A DNA stretch of 64,000 nucleotides from Cyanobacteriota bacterium (GTDB taxonomy: Bacteria > Cyanobacteriota > Cyanobacteriia > Thermostichales > Thermostichaceae), in the NCBI GenBank assembly GCA_033764955.1, contig JANRIL010000038.1, forward strand, positions 32,001-96,000. The letters run 5' to 3'. How positions within the stretch are numbered: the first letter of the stretch is position 1; each line of letters opens with the position of its first letter. Positions 18,222 to 29,672 of this stretch are shown here, one piece after another. The position numbers and the translations under genes were made by a program. The notes beneath the pieces are model-generated. The model was not told where the DNA came from. It did not search any database and was given only the letters and a program-made list of their open reading frames with translations.

Positions 18222-19502
18222 GTGAGTTTGGGGATCCCTGGAGTGGCTCGTTCTTTTCGTTTGCCTCTTTATTTGGAATGGATTCTATTGGGGATCGCCT
18301 CCCTCAGCTTGCTTCCGTTGGGGGGACAAGCCGTAGAAAGCTTTTTTTTACCCCTATCGTTAATCAAGCCTAGCTCCTGGTTGATGGGGGTCACGCTATT
18401 GCTGTTTGGGTTATTGGGATGGCAGCTACCGAATAGGCAAGGACGGGGCAAGTGGCTTTATACCCTGGTGCAATTTTTTCTAATTTTTCTATTGATTTTA
18501 TCGGGTGGGCGTAGTCCCACATTATTCCCAGCACTTCTCCTAATTGTCGTGATCCGCAGTTGCTTAATTTTTGGCTGGCCTGAACAAATTGCAATTGGAC
18601 TTTCTGCATTCGCGATGTTTCTCTTGTCGTGGTGGATCCCATTTCAAAGTATGGGGCAGATTGCTCCCATTCAAGTGCCAAAATTGGCCTCTGTTCCTTT
18701 TGATTATCGAGGTGAAATCCATAATATTTTGATCTCGCTTATTCTCAATTCTGCTATTTTATTTGCTCTAGTTTTGGTGTTTGTCATGATGCTCATGAAT
18801 GCTATGATCTCAGAACGACAAAGCCGTGAGAAATTAAGCCAAGCTCATCATCAGTTGCAGGCTTATGCGTTACGAATTGAAGATCAAGCTACGCTGCAAG
18901 AACGCAACCGAATTGCTCGTGAAATTCATGATGCCCTCGGACATGCCCTCGCTGCTCAGATCATTCAACTGGATAATGCCCTCTTTTTTATCGAATCTAG
19001 CCTGGAGAAAGCTCGCTCCTTCTTGTTGGAGAGCCGCAAACTAGCCGCCACCGCTTTGCAAGAAGTGCGCTATTCGATCCGTGCCATGCGCTCGGATCCT
19101 TTACAAAATCGATCACTGGAGGTGGCTCTTTCTCAACTGGTCAGGGAGTTCGAGCAAACCAGCCAAATCTCTACCCAGATCGAGATCGAAATTCTCACAA
19201 CCCTCTCTAATGAACTCAATATAGCGATCTTTCGGATTATCCAGGAAGCTCTCACCAATATCCAAAAACATAGCCAAGCTAGCCACGTAAAAGTACGCCT
19301 GCAAGCCAACTCAAAAATTCTCTATGCCTTGATCGAAGACAATGGAAAAGGATTTGATATCCATCAAAATACTACTGGATTTGGTTTGCAGGGGATGCGA
19401 GAGCGAACAGCCCATTTATCCGGTCAATTTCACATACTAACAGCTCCCAATCAGGGTTGCCGACTTTCTGTTTATATCCCTCTCCTTAGGACTTCACTAT
19501 GA
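18222..19502 (+). CDS. Membrane sensor histidine kinase (HisKA_3, NarX/DesK type)
   Basis: ERNRIAREIHDALGH, QEALTNIQKHS, DNGKGF, GFGLQGMRER. Confidence 0.93.
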   Translation: MSLGIPGVARSFRLPLYLEWILLGIASLSLLPLGGQAVESFFLPLSLIKPSSWLMGVTLLLFGLLGWQLPNRQGRGKWLYTLVQFFLIFLLILSGGRSPTLFPALLLIVVIRSCLIFGWPEQIAIGLSAFAMFLLSWWIPFQSMGQIAPIQVPKLASVPFDYRGEIHNILISLILNSAILFALVLVFVMMLMNAMISERQSREKLSQAHHQLQAYALRIEDQATLQERNRIAREIHDALGHALAAQIIQLDNALFFIESSLEKARSFLLESRKLAATALQEVRYSIRAMRSDPLQNRSLEVALSQLVREFEQTSQISTQIEIEILTTLSNELNIAIFRIIQEALTNIQKHSQASHVKVRLQANSKILYALIEDNGKGFDIHQNTTGFGLQGMRERTAHLSGQFHILTAPNQGCRLSVYIPLLRTSL

Positions 19503-20206
19503 CGGTTGCTTCCCCCTATTCTCAAGGTTTTACGATGGTTCAGGTGCCTGATTTTCCTCCTATCTCCCTATTATTGGTGGATGATCAGATAATCATTCGT
19601 CAAGGATTACGTAGCCTCCTTGAATCCCAAACCGATTTTCGGGTTGTGGGTGAAGCGGACAACGGACAAACGGCTATTGAGCAAACCCACTTACTCCGTC
19701 CCGATTTGGTGTTGATGGATATCCGTATGCCAGGAGTGGATGGGGTGGCAGCCACCCGTGCTATTTGTGAAGCTGGATTGTCCAGCAAAATTCTGGTTTT
19801 GACAACATTTGACCATGATGAATATGTTTGGCAGGCGATGCGCTGGGGAGCGAAAGGATATCTTCTCAAAGATACGCATCCCGAAATCTTGGCTCAGGCA
19901 ATCCGGCATGTCCATCAAGGTCACACACAAATGGGGCCAGGACTGTTTGAAAAGTTATTACAGGGATCCCTAGCCCCGGCTCCGGCTCTTCCCCCGATTG
20001 AGCTACCCCCCGGCTGGTCAGAATTAACGGCACGGGAGCGGGAAGTGTTGGAGTTGATAGCGAAGGGATCCAGCAACCGCGAGATTGCTCACGCCCTCTA
20101 TATCTCAGAAAAAACTGTGAAAAATCATGTTACCAGCATTCTGGGGCGACTAGGCTTGCGGGATCGCACCCAGGCGGCTTTACTGGCTCGTTCCCTCCTC
20201 CCCTGA
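19499..20206 (+). CDS. NarL/LuxR-family response regulator
   Basis: LVDDQ...LMDIRMP receiver; LTAREREVL...SEKTVKNHV LuxR HTH. Confidence 0.95.
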   Translation: MTVASPYSQGFTMVQVPDFPPISLLLVDDQIIIRQGLRSLLESQTDFRVVGEADNGQTAIEQTHLLRPDLVLMDIRMPGVDGVAATRAICEAGLSSKILVLTTFDHDEYVWQAMRWGAKGYLLKDTHPEILAQAIRHVHQGHTQMGPGLFEKLLQGSLAPAPALPPIELPPGWSELTAREREVLELIAKGSSNREIAHALYISEKTVKNHVTSILGRLGLRDRTQAALLARSLLP

Positions 20207-20418
20207 GATCTGGAGATCCAAACATAATCTGCCCCAAAATTTGTACAAAGCTCTCCACGGTCTCTCGTCAATTCAATAACGCCTGCATAAGCCTATACAC
20301 GATATGGGCTGTCAATGTAATATCCTTTAACAGTTAAAGTGGGTTGTAATCGAAAGCTTTCCTCACGCTGTATAGTTGCCCTATAAGAGTTGTTTTTATA
20401 TAAATTCACAATGATTTC

Positions 20419-20522
20419 TATAGCAATCAGGAACGATACATGATATTTCTTAGCTCCTCTCTCCTGCCCTGGCAGGGGGTCTGGGGGTGAGGGCTGCTTA
20501 CAATTCACGACAGATTGTTATA
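20419..20522. repeat. TATAGCAATC...GATTGTTATA-bounded element with internal GC-rich hairpin
   Basis: 10-bp terminal inverted repeat (1 mismatch) around ctcctctctcc...ggcagggggtctgggggtgaggg; a partial arm (tatagttgccctataagagttgt, 20371) resembles the 5149 element. Confidence 0.55.
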
Positions 20523-21057
20523 TTCTCAGATAGACACGGCTTTCCCAAGCATCCAAGATTAAGTTTAGCTTTAATTGAATTACCTTTTTATCTCACAGGC
20601 TGGAAAAATCCATTCGTTTTTTATTTATAAATCTCATCATCCCCATAACTTTTTAAGTTGAATTATGTCTTTATAAGTTAAGAGTCAATTTTTTTGAGAA
20701 CCAAATTTACTCTGAAAATGTTACTCCATTATCAAATTGAGTTACTATTAGGCAGTCTGGAAGAAAGATTACAAGTTCTAAAGACAATTGCTAGGTAAAA
20801 CTGGATTACCCCATTCAGATATTTTTGCTGGTTCAACTGGATAATTCGGAGAAATGCAGGGAACCCTGAGAATTAGGGATCCGTCTAGGCTGGAATAGTG
20901 TTCTCCCAAGTAACCCACCGACTGATGCTAACCCACAGAATAAGGGTGGGATTCATTTGGCATCATTTGACAATTGAGTGAGTCAGACCTCGCTGAACCA
21001 AACCCTGGCCGTGAAACAATATCCCTACAACACCATAATCGGATTGAGGTGAGGAAA

Positions 21058-22713
21058 ATGCGTGGATTTTTAGGTTGGAATCAGTTAACAGCCGTGGCAG
21101 CCGTGGTGGTTGCTGGCAGCTTGACCCCTATCCCCAGTTGGGCACAACTGAGTGATATCAACACCTATTGGGGATCCCAATATATCTCCAGTCTGGCGAA
21201 TCAACAGGTGATCGGCGGCTTTCCCGATGGCACTTTTCGTCCCAACGATCAGGTGACCCGTGCCCAGTTCGCCACCATTGTTACCAAAGCCTTCGGTCTC
21301 GATACCAATGTTCCGCCCAGGTCCTTTGTGGATCCCATCCCCAGTTGGGCAGCTCCTTCCATTAATGCCGCTGCGGCAGCTAATTTTGTCTCAGGCTTTC
21401 CCGATGGTACCTTTCGTCCCAACGATGTCTTGACACGGGCACAGGCCATTACCGTTTTGACCAAAGCAGCGGGAGTAACTTCGATTGATCCAGCTCAGGT
21501 GGAATCAGTGCTGAGTATCTATACCGATCAGGGATCCATCCCTAACTTTGCTCGTCCCCCCGTTGCCACCGCCACCCTAGAAAGTTTGCTGGTTCTCTAT
21601 CCCAACCCCAATTTCATCAATGCCACCGCCGTTGCTACTCGTGGAGAAGTAGCCGCCCTCACCTATCAAGCCTTGGCAAAAGCCGGACGAGTTCCCAATT
21701 TACCCCCCCCAGTGGGAGCAACCATCCCAGGAGGATTAACTACTGGCATCGGAGAAACTGTGGCGACCCCCACGCCAGAGGTACCGGTAGAAACCCTGGC
21801 TGGTGCCCCCACTGTGTCTGAGATCTTTACCCGCGACAACCTGAGCACCCTCAAACCGGGCGATACGATCACCGTATTTGTGGTGGGATCCCCTGGGGCA
21901 ACGGGTACCTTCTCCATTCCCGGCATTGTAGAAAACTTACCCCTCCAGGAAAGCCGCACCGGTCAGTATGAAGGCAGTTATACCTTCCGCACCCAAGACA
22001 GAGCGGCCAAGACCTCCATCATTGCCCGTCTGGAGCAATCTGGACTCGTGACCACCAGCCAGTTGCCGAACCAAACCATCACTATCGGGCAGGTGACGGA
22101 TGCCGTTTTTCCCACCATCAGCAAGCTTTCCCCCCCCCCTAATAGCACGGTGACGGATGCAGCTCCAGAAATTTCTGGGGAATTTAGCGATGACAAAGGC
22201 ATCGACCTGAATAGTTTTGTTTTGACAGTCAATAACCGCGATGTCACTCGCCAAGCCCAGCTCAGCAAAAACTCCTTCCGGTTTAAGCCGTCTCAACCCC
22301 TTCTCAAACGACGGCCTGTGGTAGTCACGTTACAAATTGCTGACACCAGTGGCAATACAGCCCTCCAAGAATGGGCTTTTACAATCGAAACCTCTAGCGC
22401 ACCTGCGCCTACTGCAACACCTACTCCCCCACCTGCACCCACTGCAACACCTACTCCCCCACCTGCGCCCACTGCAACACCTACTCCCCCACCTGCGCCC
22501 ACTGCAACACCACCTGCGCCGACTGCAACACCTACTCCCCCACCTGCGCCTACTGCAACGCTTACGCCTACCCCTGAGGCTGCTGCCACTCCATCAACAA
22601 CAGAGCCAACACCGACCACGGCTGAAACCACACCAGCAGTAGAGGTTACTCCAACCCCTGAAGCTCCTGCCCCGGATGCCACTAGCCCCGCACCGCCAAC
22701 CGCCAGTCCTTAA
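21058..22713 (+). CDS. S-layer homology (SLH) domain protein with Pro/Thr-rich tail
   Basis: Signal peptide; GFPDGTFRPN...TRAQ twice and ATRGEVAA; Ig-like middle; probable ATG 21058 with GAGG RBS. Confidence 0.88.
   Translation: MRGFLGWNQLTAVAAVVVAGSLTPIPSWAQLSDINTYWGSQYISSLANQQVIGGFPDGTFRPNDQVTRAQFATIVTKAFGLDTNVPPRSFVDPIPSWAAPSINAAAAANFVSGFPDGTFRPNDVLTRAQAITVLTKAAGVTSIDPAQVESVLSIYTDQGSIPNFARPPVATATLESLLVLYPNPNFINATAVATRGEVAALTYQALAKAGRVPNLPPPVGATIPGGLTTGIGETVATPTPEVPVETLAGAPTVSEIFTRDNLSTLKPGDTITVFVVGSPGATGTFSIPGIVENLPLQESRTGQYEGSYTFRTQDRAAKTSIIARLEQSGLVTTSQLPNQTITIGQVTDAVFPTISKLSPPPNSTVTDAAPEISGEFSDDKGIDLNSFVLTVNNRDVTRQAQLSKNSFRFKPSQPLLKRRPVVVTLQIADTSGNTALQEWAFTIETSSAPAPTATPTPPPAPTATPTPPPAPTATPTPPPAPTATPPAPTATPTPPPAPTATLTPTPEAAATPSTTEPTPTTAETTPAVEVTPTPEAPAPDATSPAPPTASP
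22400..22559 (+). repeat. Coding 30-bp tandem repeat (PAPTATPTPP)
   Basis: Unit cacctgcgcc(t/c/g)actgcaacacctactcccc: four full copies, one 21-bp copy and one partial. Confidence 0.9.
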
Positions 22714-22747
22714 CAGGTCTGGGATGGGATCCCTTCTGCACTTCTGC

Positions 22748-23608
22748 CTAGGAGGGATCCCTTGCTTCGGGTAAACCTTGATTTAAGGTCTCCAGCAACT
22801 TACGAATCACCCGCGCTTCCGATAACCACGCCTCGGAGGATTGGGGGATCCCTTGCAAAAATTGTTCAAGATCCTGACGGGCTTCCGCCCACCGTCCCAA
22901 CTGATAATAAAGAAGCCCCCGATCCCGCCATTCCAACAGAGCCTCCGGGACGAGCACTAAGATACGTTCCACGCAGGCTAAACCTCGCTGCAGGTCTGCT
23001 TCCGCTAAATAAATATGTTTGAGATTGGTCAACATCCGCACCAAGAAAAAGCGATGGCTAACGGGCTGTAAAAATTCGGGCTGAAGTTTGGCGTGTTCTC
23101 CATAAACTTGTGCCAACCGCTCCTGACAATCCTCCGTAAATAAGAGATTTCCCTCATGAAAGGCATCCACATAAATGCCCACTTCAGCAAATTCAGGACG
23201 GATCAAAAAGTGTCCCGGCAGGCCAATCGGCACCATCGGAAAATCAACGCGACGGGCAATTTCCAAATAAACCAACGAGAGGGTAATCGGGATGCCGGTA
23301 CGCCGCTCGATCACCTCATTCAAAAAGCTATTGCGCGGATCATAATAGTCGGTGGTATTGCCACGGAAACCCAAATCCCTAAACAAATATTGATTGATTG
23401 TTTGAATGACTTTCAGGGGATAGCGCTGCGGAGGCAATTGCTCCAAAACCTCCTCAGCCATCGCATCCAATGCCGCTATATACTCCTCAACATCAAGATG
23501 GGGATATTCTTCTTGGGCGATATAAAGAGCTGCACTTGCCAATGAAATGTGAGAATCTGGCTGTTGAACTTCTTGGTATAATCGATAGCGAGCGAGCGGC
23601 AGATTCAT
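22748..23608 (-). CDS. SirB1 family (transglutaminase-like + TPR) protein
   Basis: GFRGNTTDYYDPRNSFLNEVIERRTGIPITL, GLPGHFL, RMLTNLK, RDRGLLY. Confidence 0.9.
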   Translation of the reverse strand: MNLPLARYRLYQEVQQPDSHISLASAALYIAQEEYPHLDVEEYIAALDAMAEEVLEQLPPQRYPLKVIQTINQYLFRDLGFRGNTTDYYDPRNSFLNEVIERRTGIPITLSLVYLEIARRVDFPMVPIGLPGHFLIRPEFAEVGIYVDAFHEGNLLFTEDCQERLAQVYGEHAKLQPEFLQPVSHRFFLVRMLTNLKHIYLAEADLQRGLACVERILVLVPEALLEWRDRGLLYYQLGRWAEARQDLEQFLQGIPQSSEAWLSEARVIRKLLETLNQGLPEARDPS

Positions 23609-23742
23609 AAATCATCTCTGGGTCATGCAACATCACTGACCAGGGGGATGGGGATCCCTAGCTAGCACCTACTCCTACTCTGTGAATGAATCCTTTGGCA
23701 TCCGTGAAGCGTTCCATATTGAATGGATACCCAGCTAAAATT

Positions 23743-24718
23743 CTAAGCATTCCCTGCGTAGCGAAGCAAAGTGCCATTTTGTCCCAAGATGAAACCTTTT
23801 TGGGGTTGAGGGAAACTAATAGTATAGAAATTAGCAGGAACATTGCTAATTTTGCGGGCTTGTTCCCACGTTTTTCCGCCATCGGGACTGTGGATGAGTA
23901 AGGCACTCCCCCCCACCACCCACAAGTTTTGAGGATCCTGGTAAGCTGCCCCCAAATAGCCAAAACTTAGGGCTTTACCGGGACGAATCCCCTTATTCCA
24001 ATGGCCTGACTCTACATCATCAGTCAAGGTAATCTCGGCTCCTTGGTTGAGCTTCCAAGCAATCCCATCGGGGCCAAAACCCATGTTTTGAATACGGCGA
24101 GAACTTTCTCTGGGAAAGGGTTTCCAGGCTTGGCTAGCAGGGCTGTAGAGAAAATAAAAGCTCCCCCGTGAGGATACGGCTAAATAAGCCCCATCTTCTC
24201 GCCGTGCCACGTTCTTAATCACACCAATCGAGTCAGCCACCATGGCTTTCCAGGTTTTGCCATCATCCTGGGTGCGGTAGATAGCCCCCACATTGCTGAC
24301 CATCTCGGCACTATGGGATCCCAATGCGGTCACTTTGAGCGGTTCACCGGGTAGCTTGCTGCTCAGAATGATTTGTGACCAATGGGATCCACCGTCTTCG
24401 GTATGTAATAACACTTTCGGCTCCCCCACTATCCAACCCTCATCTCCCGCAAAGCTAACCGAGGTGAGGTAATAGTCTGGGTTGCTGGTTTCTAAGGTGT
24501 GGGGCTGCCAGTTAACTCCACCATCTCGGGTTTCTAGCAATGTGCCCTTATCCCCGACAATCCATCCATGATTGGCATCCGTGCCCGTGAAAGCAATATC
24601 GAGCAGGGTATTTTGGATGGGGAGATCCACCACCTGCCACTCCACCACCCGCATATTGGGCAATCCAGCAGCCATTAAGAAAAAAGCCAGGGCAACCATC
24701 AAGAAACGTTTCAGCATG
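23743..24718 (-). CDS. ycf48: Photosystem II assembly factor Ycf48/Hcf136
   Basis: BNR repeats (T.DGG..W); AVSSRG.FY, RESSRRIQNMGF; probable start near 24718. Confidence 0.93.
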
Positions 24719-24830
24719 ATCCATCCATCAAAATAGCGATCAACACTCAGGCAGACACTTTCAGTCAGGTCGAAAACCAGATACCCAGAACCACCCATTG
24801 AACAATGGCAGGTAGCTGAGGAGATTGGGG

Positions 24831-25271
24831 TTATTCCACAAAATAAAAACTCATCAAAAACAGGAACCCCACCGTCAACCCCAAAAAGATCAGCAGATTT
24901 TTCTGAGCAGGAGTCATGACATTGACGCCTAGCCCATACCCCAGATTTTCCTGAAACCCAGAGGGCTTGCCTTTGGCTCCCACCGCCTCAAATTGGGTGG
25001 CATCTGCCGAACATACCGGACAACGCCAACCTTTGGGCAGATTCATAAACGGGATCCCGGCTGGAATTTGACCCTGTTGATCTCCCTTAAGTGGCTCGTA
25101 GATATAGCCACAGGAGCGGCATTCATAGCGCAACATCCGCGCCGGGTCACTCCATTCCGCATCGGTGGCGTCTTCTGCTAACTCGATAATGGGAGGCTCG
25201 GTGGGCAGAGGCTCCGCCACCGGATCAAGCTCCTGACTAGCCATAGCCGGGGATCCCTTCCGAAAAAACAC
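24831..25271 (-). CDS. rubA: Membrane-anchored rubredoxin
   Basis: YECRSCGYIYEP...WRCPVC, GFQENLGYGLGVN, C-terminal TM; adjacent to ycf48. Confidence 0.93.
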   Translation of the reverse strand: MFFRKGSPAMASQELDPVAEPLPTEPPIIELAEDATDAEWSDPARMLRYECRSCGYIYEPLKGDQQGQIPAGIPFMNLPKGWRCPVCSADATQFEAVGAKGKPSGFQENLGYGLGVNVMTPAQKNLLIFLGLTVGFLFLMSFYFVE

Positions 25272-25452
25272 TTCTGTCCTGAGTCTTATTATGAGTGGCT
25301 TCGTTACAAAAATCTACTTGATTCGTCGAATTTTGATAAATCTGAGAGGATAGAGGCTAGGTTACCTGACCAAACTTCAGGGCTTCTACAGAGCTTTACA
25401 GAGAGCAGAGCCGTTTCGTCTGGCTATCCCCGACCCTATATGGCGACTAACT

Positions 25453-27315
25453 ATGGCGATTAAAGATCAACCGCAACCCTCCCGTCCCCGCCTGATTGGG
25501 AATATTTTATTGTTGGTGTCAGGACTGTTTTTGTTAGCTAATCTTTTCCTGCCCATGATCCTAGGGCCATCTATCCCAAGAGTGCCCTACAGCCTATTTA
25601 TTGAGCAAGTGGATGATGGGGAAGTAGCACGAGCCTCGATTGGGCAAAATGAGATTCGCTATCAATTGCGGGGAAAAGACAACGAAATCGGTCAGGTTTT
25701 GGCCACTACCCCGATTTTTGACCTAGAACTACCCAACCGTCTAGAGGCCAAAGGGGTTGAATTTGCGGCTGCCCCTCCCCCCAAAAATAACTGGTTTGGC
25801 ACCATTTTGAGCTGGGTGCTCCCTCCCCTAATTTTTGTGGGGATCTGGCAGTTTTTCTTGGGCAGGGCAGGAGCAGGTGGCCCACAGGGGGCACTTTCCA
25901 TCACCAAGAGCAAGGCCAAGGTTTATGTGGAGGGAGAATCCACGAAGGTCACCTTCGCAGATGTGGCGGGGGTAGAAGAAGCCAAGGCGGAGCTGGCGGA
26001 AATTGTCGAGTTTCTCAAGTCTCCCCAACGATTTTTGCAAATTGGGGCGCGGATCCCCAAAGGTGTCTTGTTAGTTGGCCCGCCCGGCACTGGCAAAACC
26101 CTCCTAGCCAAAGCGGTAGCCGGGGAAGCGGGGGTGTCTTTTTTTAGTATCTCCGGCTCCGAGTTTGTTGAGCTATTTGTCGGGGCAGGAGCCGCACGGG
26201 TGCGGGATTTATTTGAGCAGGCCAAGAAAAAAGCTCCCTGTATCATTTTTATTGATGAGTTAGATGCCATTGGCAAGTCTCGTAGCTCCGGCGGCTTTTA
26301 TGGGGGCAATGATGAGCGCGAACAAACCCTCAATCAGTTGTTGACAGAGATGGATGGGTTTGCGGTGGGGGATGGAACGGTGATCGTTTTAGCTGCCACT
26401 AATCGCCCTGAATCTTTGGATCCAGCTCTATTGCGTCCTGGGCGTTTTGATCGGCAAGTTTTGGTAGATCGCCCCGATCTCTCCGGTCGTCTGGCTATTT
26501 TGCAAATTTATGCTCGCCAGGTCAAGTTGGGGGAGGATGTCGATTTGAAGATGATTGCCACCCGTACTCCTGGATTTGCGGGGGCGGATCTGGCCAATCT
26601 GGTGAATGAGGCCGCTCTCTTGGCTGCCCGCAATCGTCGTGAAGTGGTGGCGCAGGCGGATTTTGCGGAGGCGATTGAACGGGTGGTGGCGGGCTTGGAG
26701 AAAAAGAGTCGAGTGCTCAGCGACAAGGAGAAAAAGATTGTGGCCTACCACGAAGTCGGTCATGCCCTGGTGGGATCCCTAATGCCTGGAACCAGCCAGG
26801 TGGCTAAAATCTCGATTATTCCTAGGGGGATGGCTGCCCTCGGCTACACCCTCCAACTGCCCACCGAAGATCGCTTTTTGATGGATGAGGGCGAATTGCG
26901 GGGACAAATTGCTACCCTCTTGGGGGGGCGCTCCGCTGAGGAAATCGTCTTTGGCAGCATCACGACAGGCGCAGCCAACGATCTGCAACGGGCTACGGAT
27001 CTGGCAGAGCGGATGGTAACCACCTATGGCATGAGCAAGGTGCTAGGGCCGCTCGCCTACGAACAAGGTCAGCAAAATGCTTTTTTGGGAGGAGGAATGC
27101 CTAGCCCCCGTCGTTCGGTGAGTGAACAAACCGCCGAAGCCATTGATCGGGAGGTAAAAGACATTGTCGAACAAGCCCATCAACAGGCGCTCGATATCCT
27201 CAACCGAAACCGTGATCTCTTAGAGGCTCTGGCTCAACAGCTACTCGACAAGGAAGTGATCGAAGGGGATCCCTTACAACAAATGTTGGGGCAGGTGAAA
27301 GCACTACCGGGGTGA
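25453..27315 (+). CDS. ftsH: ATP-dependent zinc metalloprotease FtsH (FtsH4-like)
   Basis: [26 protein letters not shown]-terminal VPYSLFI...GQNEIRYQL resembles the cyanobacterial FtsH4 type. Confidence 0.96.
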   Translation: MAIKDQPQPSRPRLIGNILLLVSGLFLLANLFLPMILGPSIPRVPYSLFIEQVDDGEVARASIGQNEIRYQLRGKDNEIGQVLATTPIFDLELPNRLEAKGVEFAAAPPPKNNWFGTILSWVLPPLIFVGIWQFFLGRAGAGGPQGALSITKSKAKVYVEGESTKVTFADVAGVEEAKAELAEIVEFLKSPQRFLQIGARIPKGVLLVGPPGTGKTLLAKAVAGEAGVSFFSISGSEFVELFVGAGAARVRDLFEQAKKKAPCIIFIDELDAIGKSRSSGGFYGGNDEREQTLNQLLTEMDGFAVGDGTVIVLAATNRPESLDPALLRPGRFDRQVLVDRPDLSGRLAILQIYARQVKLGEDVDLKMIATRTPGFAGADLANLVNEAALLAARNRREVVAQADFAEAIERVVAGLEKKSRVLSDKEKKIVAYHEVGHALVGSLMPGTSQVAKISIIPRGMAALGYTLQLPTEDRFLMDEGELRGQIATLLGGRSAEEIVFGSITTGAANDLQRATDLAERMVTTYGMSKVLGPLAYEQGQQNAFLGGGMPSPRRSVSEQTAEAIDREVKDIVEQAHQQALDILNRNRDLLEALAQQLLDKEVIEGDPLQQMLGQVKALPG

Positions 27316-27347
27316 TCGAAGGGGATCTGGAGCTTATCGTGATCAGC

Positions 27348-28769
27348 CTAGATCGAAAGGTCTCCATTCCGATCGAGTGGGAGATCCGCGGGGGCAGGCT
27401 GGTCAGCCAGATGGCGGCGCTGCTCAAGTTGTTGCAAAATTTCGGCGTGCTTTTGGCGGGTAATCGGATAAAAAACAGCCAAAAGGGATCCCAGAATTAA
27501 GGCAAGAGCGGGAAGTGGACCGATGGCTATCCGAATAGCCAAGAGAGCGGAAGCAGGCTGGCTAGGGGGGGCTTGTCCGGCAACCGATGAAACAAAGCCC
27601 GACCACTCTAAGGCCAATCCGACCAAAAACAGTCCGATCGCCAGTCCGACCTTTTGAAACAAGACCATAAAGGCATAAAAAACCCCTTCCCGCCGCTGTC
27701 CGGTTTGTAATTCGTCCACCTCAATCACATCGGGAATCATCGACCAGGGAATTAGATAAGCCGTCGATACCCCTACCCCTGCCAGAACCGCTAGAACCAG
27801 CAACAGGCCAGATTGTCCTGGCTGTAGACTAACCAATCCGATCTGAGCTACGATCCACACCCCCATGCCCAACAGATAAACAGCTTTTTTGCCAATTCGT
27901 TGACTGACTTTGTTCCAGACAAACAACATGACCAAAGCGGTTCCCTGCACCGCTAAAATCGTCAAAGCCGTCCAACTGCTCTGCAATCCCATCCAAAAGG
28001 TGATGTAGAAGGGAATGATGCTGGCCGTAAACTGTACCCCCAACCAAGAGCAGAGATACAACCCAATCACAAACAAATAGGGGCGATTAGAGAGGGCAAT
28101 CCGAATTTGGTTCCAGACGGGGACCTCCTCCTGCTCTGGCGCAAACTTTTCTTCGGTTCCCCAAAAACACCAAAACAGGGGGAGAACCGACAGCAGTGAC
28201 CACAGGCAACCTGCTACGAAATAGCCCGTCCCTTCATTGGCAAAGCTGGCCACAATTAACGGATGCAATACCCCGGACAACAAACTGCCCCCAATGGAAA
28301 AGGCAAAGCGAAAATTGGATAGGCTAGTGCGCTCATCATAGTCTTGGGTCAGTTGGGGGGTCAGCGCTGTATAGGGAAGGTTGACCGCCGTATAAAAACT
28401 GTTGAACAAGATAGCCACCAGCATATAGTAGGCAAATAGCCAACCCGGTTGATCAGGAAATGGCACAACCCATTGCGCCAGGAAGGAAAGCCCAAAGGGA
28501 ATCGCCCCAAACAAAATCCAGGGACGGCGGCGACCCCAGCGACTTTGGGTGCGGTCACTCAACACCCCCACAATCGGATCGTTGATAGCATCCCAGACTT
28601 TGCTCAAGGCTAAAATACTGCCCGCCAAACCCGCCGACAGGCCAGCTACATTCGTCAAAAAAGGCAAGAGAAAGAATACCAAGATGTTGGCGGTAATAGC
28701 GGGGCCGAGATCCCCAGCCCCGTAGGCCAGCTTGGAGCGTAAACTCAGTTTTTGCGTAGTCATGTTCAT
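27348..28769 (-). CDS. GPH-family (MelB-like) MFS sugar:cation symporter
   Basis: WDAINDPIVGVLSDRTQSRWGRRRPW, LTQDYDERTSL, TGQRREG. Confidence 0.92.
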   Translation of the reverse strand: MNMTTQKLSLRSKLAYGAGDLGPAITANILVFFLLPFLTNVAGLSAGLAGSILALSKVWDAINDPIVGVLSDRTQSRWGRRRPWILFGAIPFGLSFLAQWVVPFPDQPGWLFAYYMLVAILFNSFYTAVNLPYTALTPQLTQDYDERTSLSNFRFAFSIGGSLLSGVLHPLIVASFANEGTGYFVAGCLWSLLSVLPLFWCFWGTEEKFAPEQEEVPVWNQIRIALSNRPYLFVIGLYLCSWLGVQFTASIIPFYITFWMGLQSSWTALTILAVQGTALVMLFVWNKVSQRIGKKAVYLLGMGVWIVAQIGLVSLQPGQSGLLLVLAVLAGVGVSTAYLIPWSMIPDVIEVDELQTGQRREGVFYAFMVLFQKVGLAIGLFLVGLALEWSGFVSSVAGQAPPSQPASALLAIRIAIGPLPALALILGSLLAVFYPITRQKHAEILQQLEQRRHLADQPAPADLPLDRNGDLSI

Positions 28770-29176
28770 ATCTCAGTTTATTAAGAATCATGTCATGGAT
28801 TAAAAGGCCAATGGCGTTGGATAGGTATATCCTCTATTGAGTATTTCGTTTATCAATGTTAAAACTTAGAAATAGAGGTAAAGCACGGCAACAAAATCTT
28901 TTCCTCGCAAAAGTATTGTTACACTACCATTTTTCGGTTCCTTTCGGAACCCGAATTTTTGACGGTTTGATTTTAAAAAGTTTCATGGTGATCAGGGGGG
29001 TCAATAGCTCCAACAAAACGACCTCAATTTTGATGTGACCAAATTTCACTGGGAAGACGGCAAAATCTTATTGATTAAGTACTGTAATCCCGCCTCAAAA
29101 ACCTGTTGAGTTTTTTAGATGAAACTGATATATTCCTTGCGGTTATGCACAAATTCTTCGGCAGGAGGATAAGACA

Positions 29177-29500
29177 TTGGTCAGGAGAAGGAAGCGCAAA
29201 AGTCGTCGCAGGCAAGAAGGCCGCAAGATCCTAGAGCATATTCCCCAGTTTAATTTGGAGAGTGGTGAGGAGAAATCCGTCACGGCTGCTCGAAAATATA
29301 TTCATGATCAATCGATTGCTCCTCCCGCTCTCATTGTGGTTCGGAGAAATGAGCATACTATTGATCGATTCTTTTGGGCTGAAAAGGGATTGTTTGGTGC
29401 TCAATATGTAGAAGAAAATCACTTCCTCTTCCCCAGCTTGAGACCTTCTGAATCTGCTCCCTCCAGTAAATCTGAAAAAGTTCCTGCTTTGTCTCGCTAA
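29177..29500 (+). CDS. Conserved cyanobacterial protein (DUF3155-like)
   Basis: RRRKRKSRRRQEGRKILE...RFFWAEKGLFGAQYVEENHFLFPSL; AGGAGG RBS. Confidence 0.8.
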   Translation: MVRRRKRKSRRRQEGRKILEHIPQFNLESGEEKSVTAARKYIHDQSIAPPALIVVRRNEHTIDRFFWAEKGLFGAQYVEENHFLFPSLRPSESAPSSKSEKVPALSR

Positions 29501-29672
29501 ATGGGCAAAGCTGGGAGCATTGAGATGATTGTGTCTGTTATTAAGTCTATTAAGTTTTAACTAAAAATGGGATCCAGGCGGTCAGTTGGCTACCTGGATT
29601 TTTTCTTTCCTGCCTGTTTCCTGGGGATCCTGCCCCTAGTCAACCCCTGCCCAGCCAACGCTAAACGGGTGA

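Noticed and set aside
22400..22559. 30-bp repeats as a CRISPR array
   Set aside because: Head-to-tail with no unique spacers, in frame within a Pro/Thr linker, and no cas genes nearby
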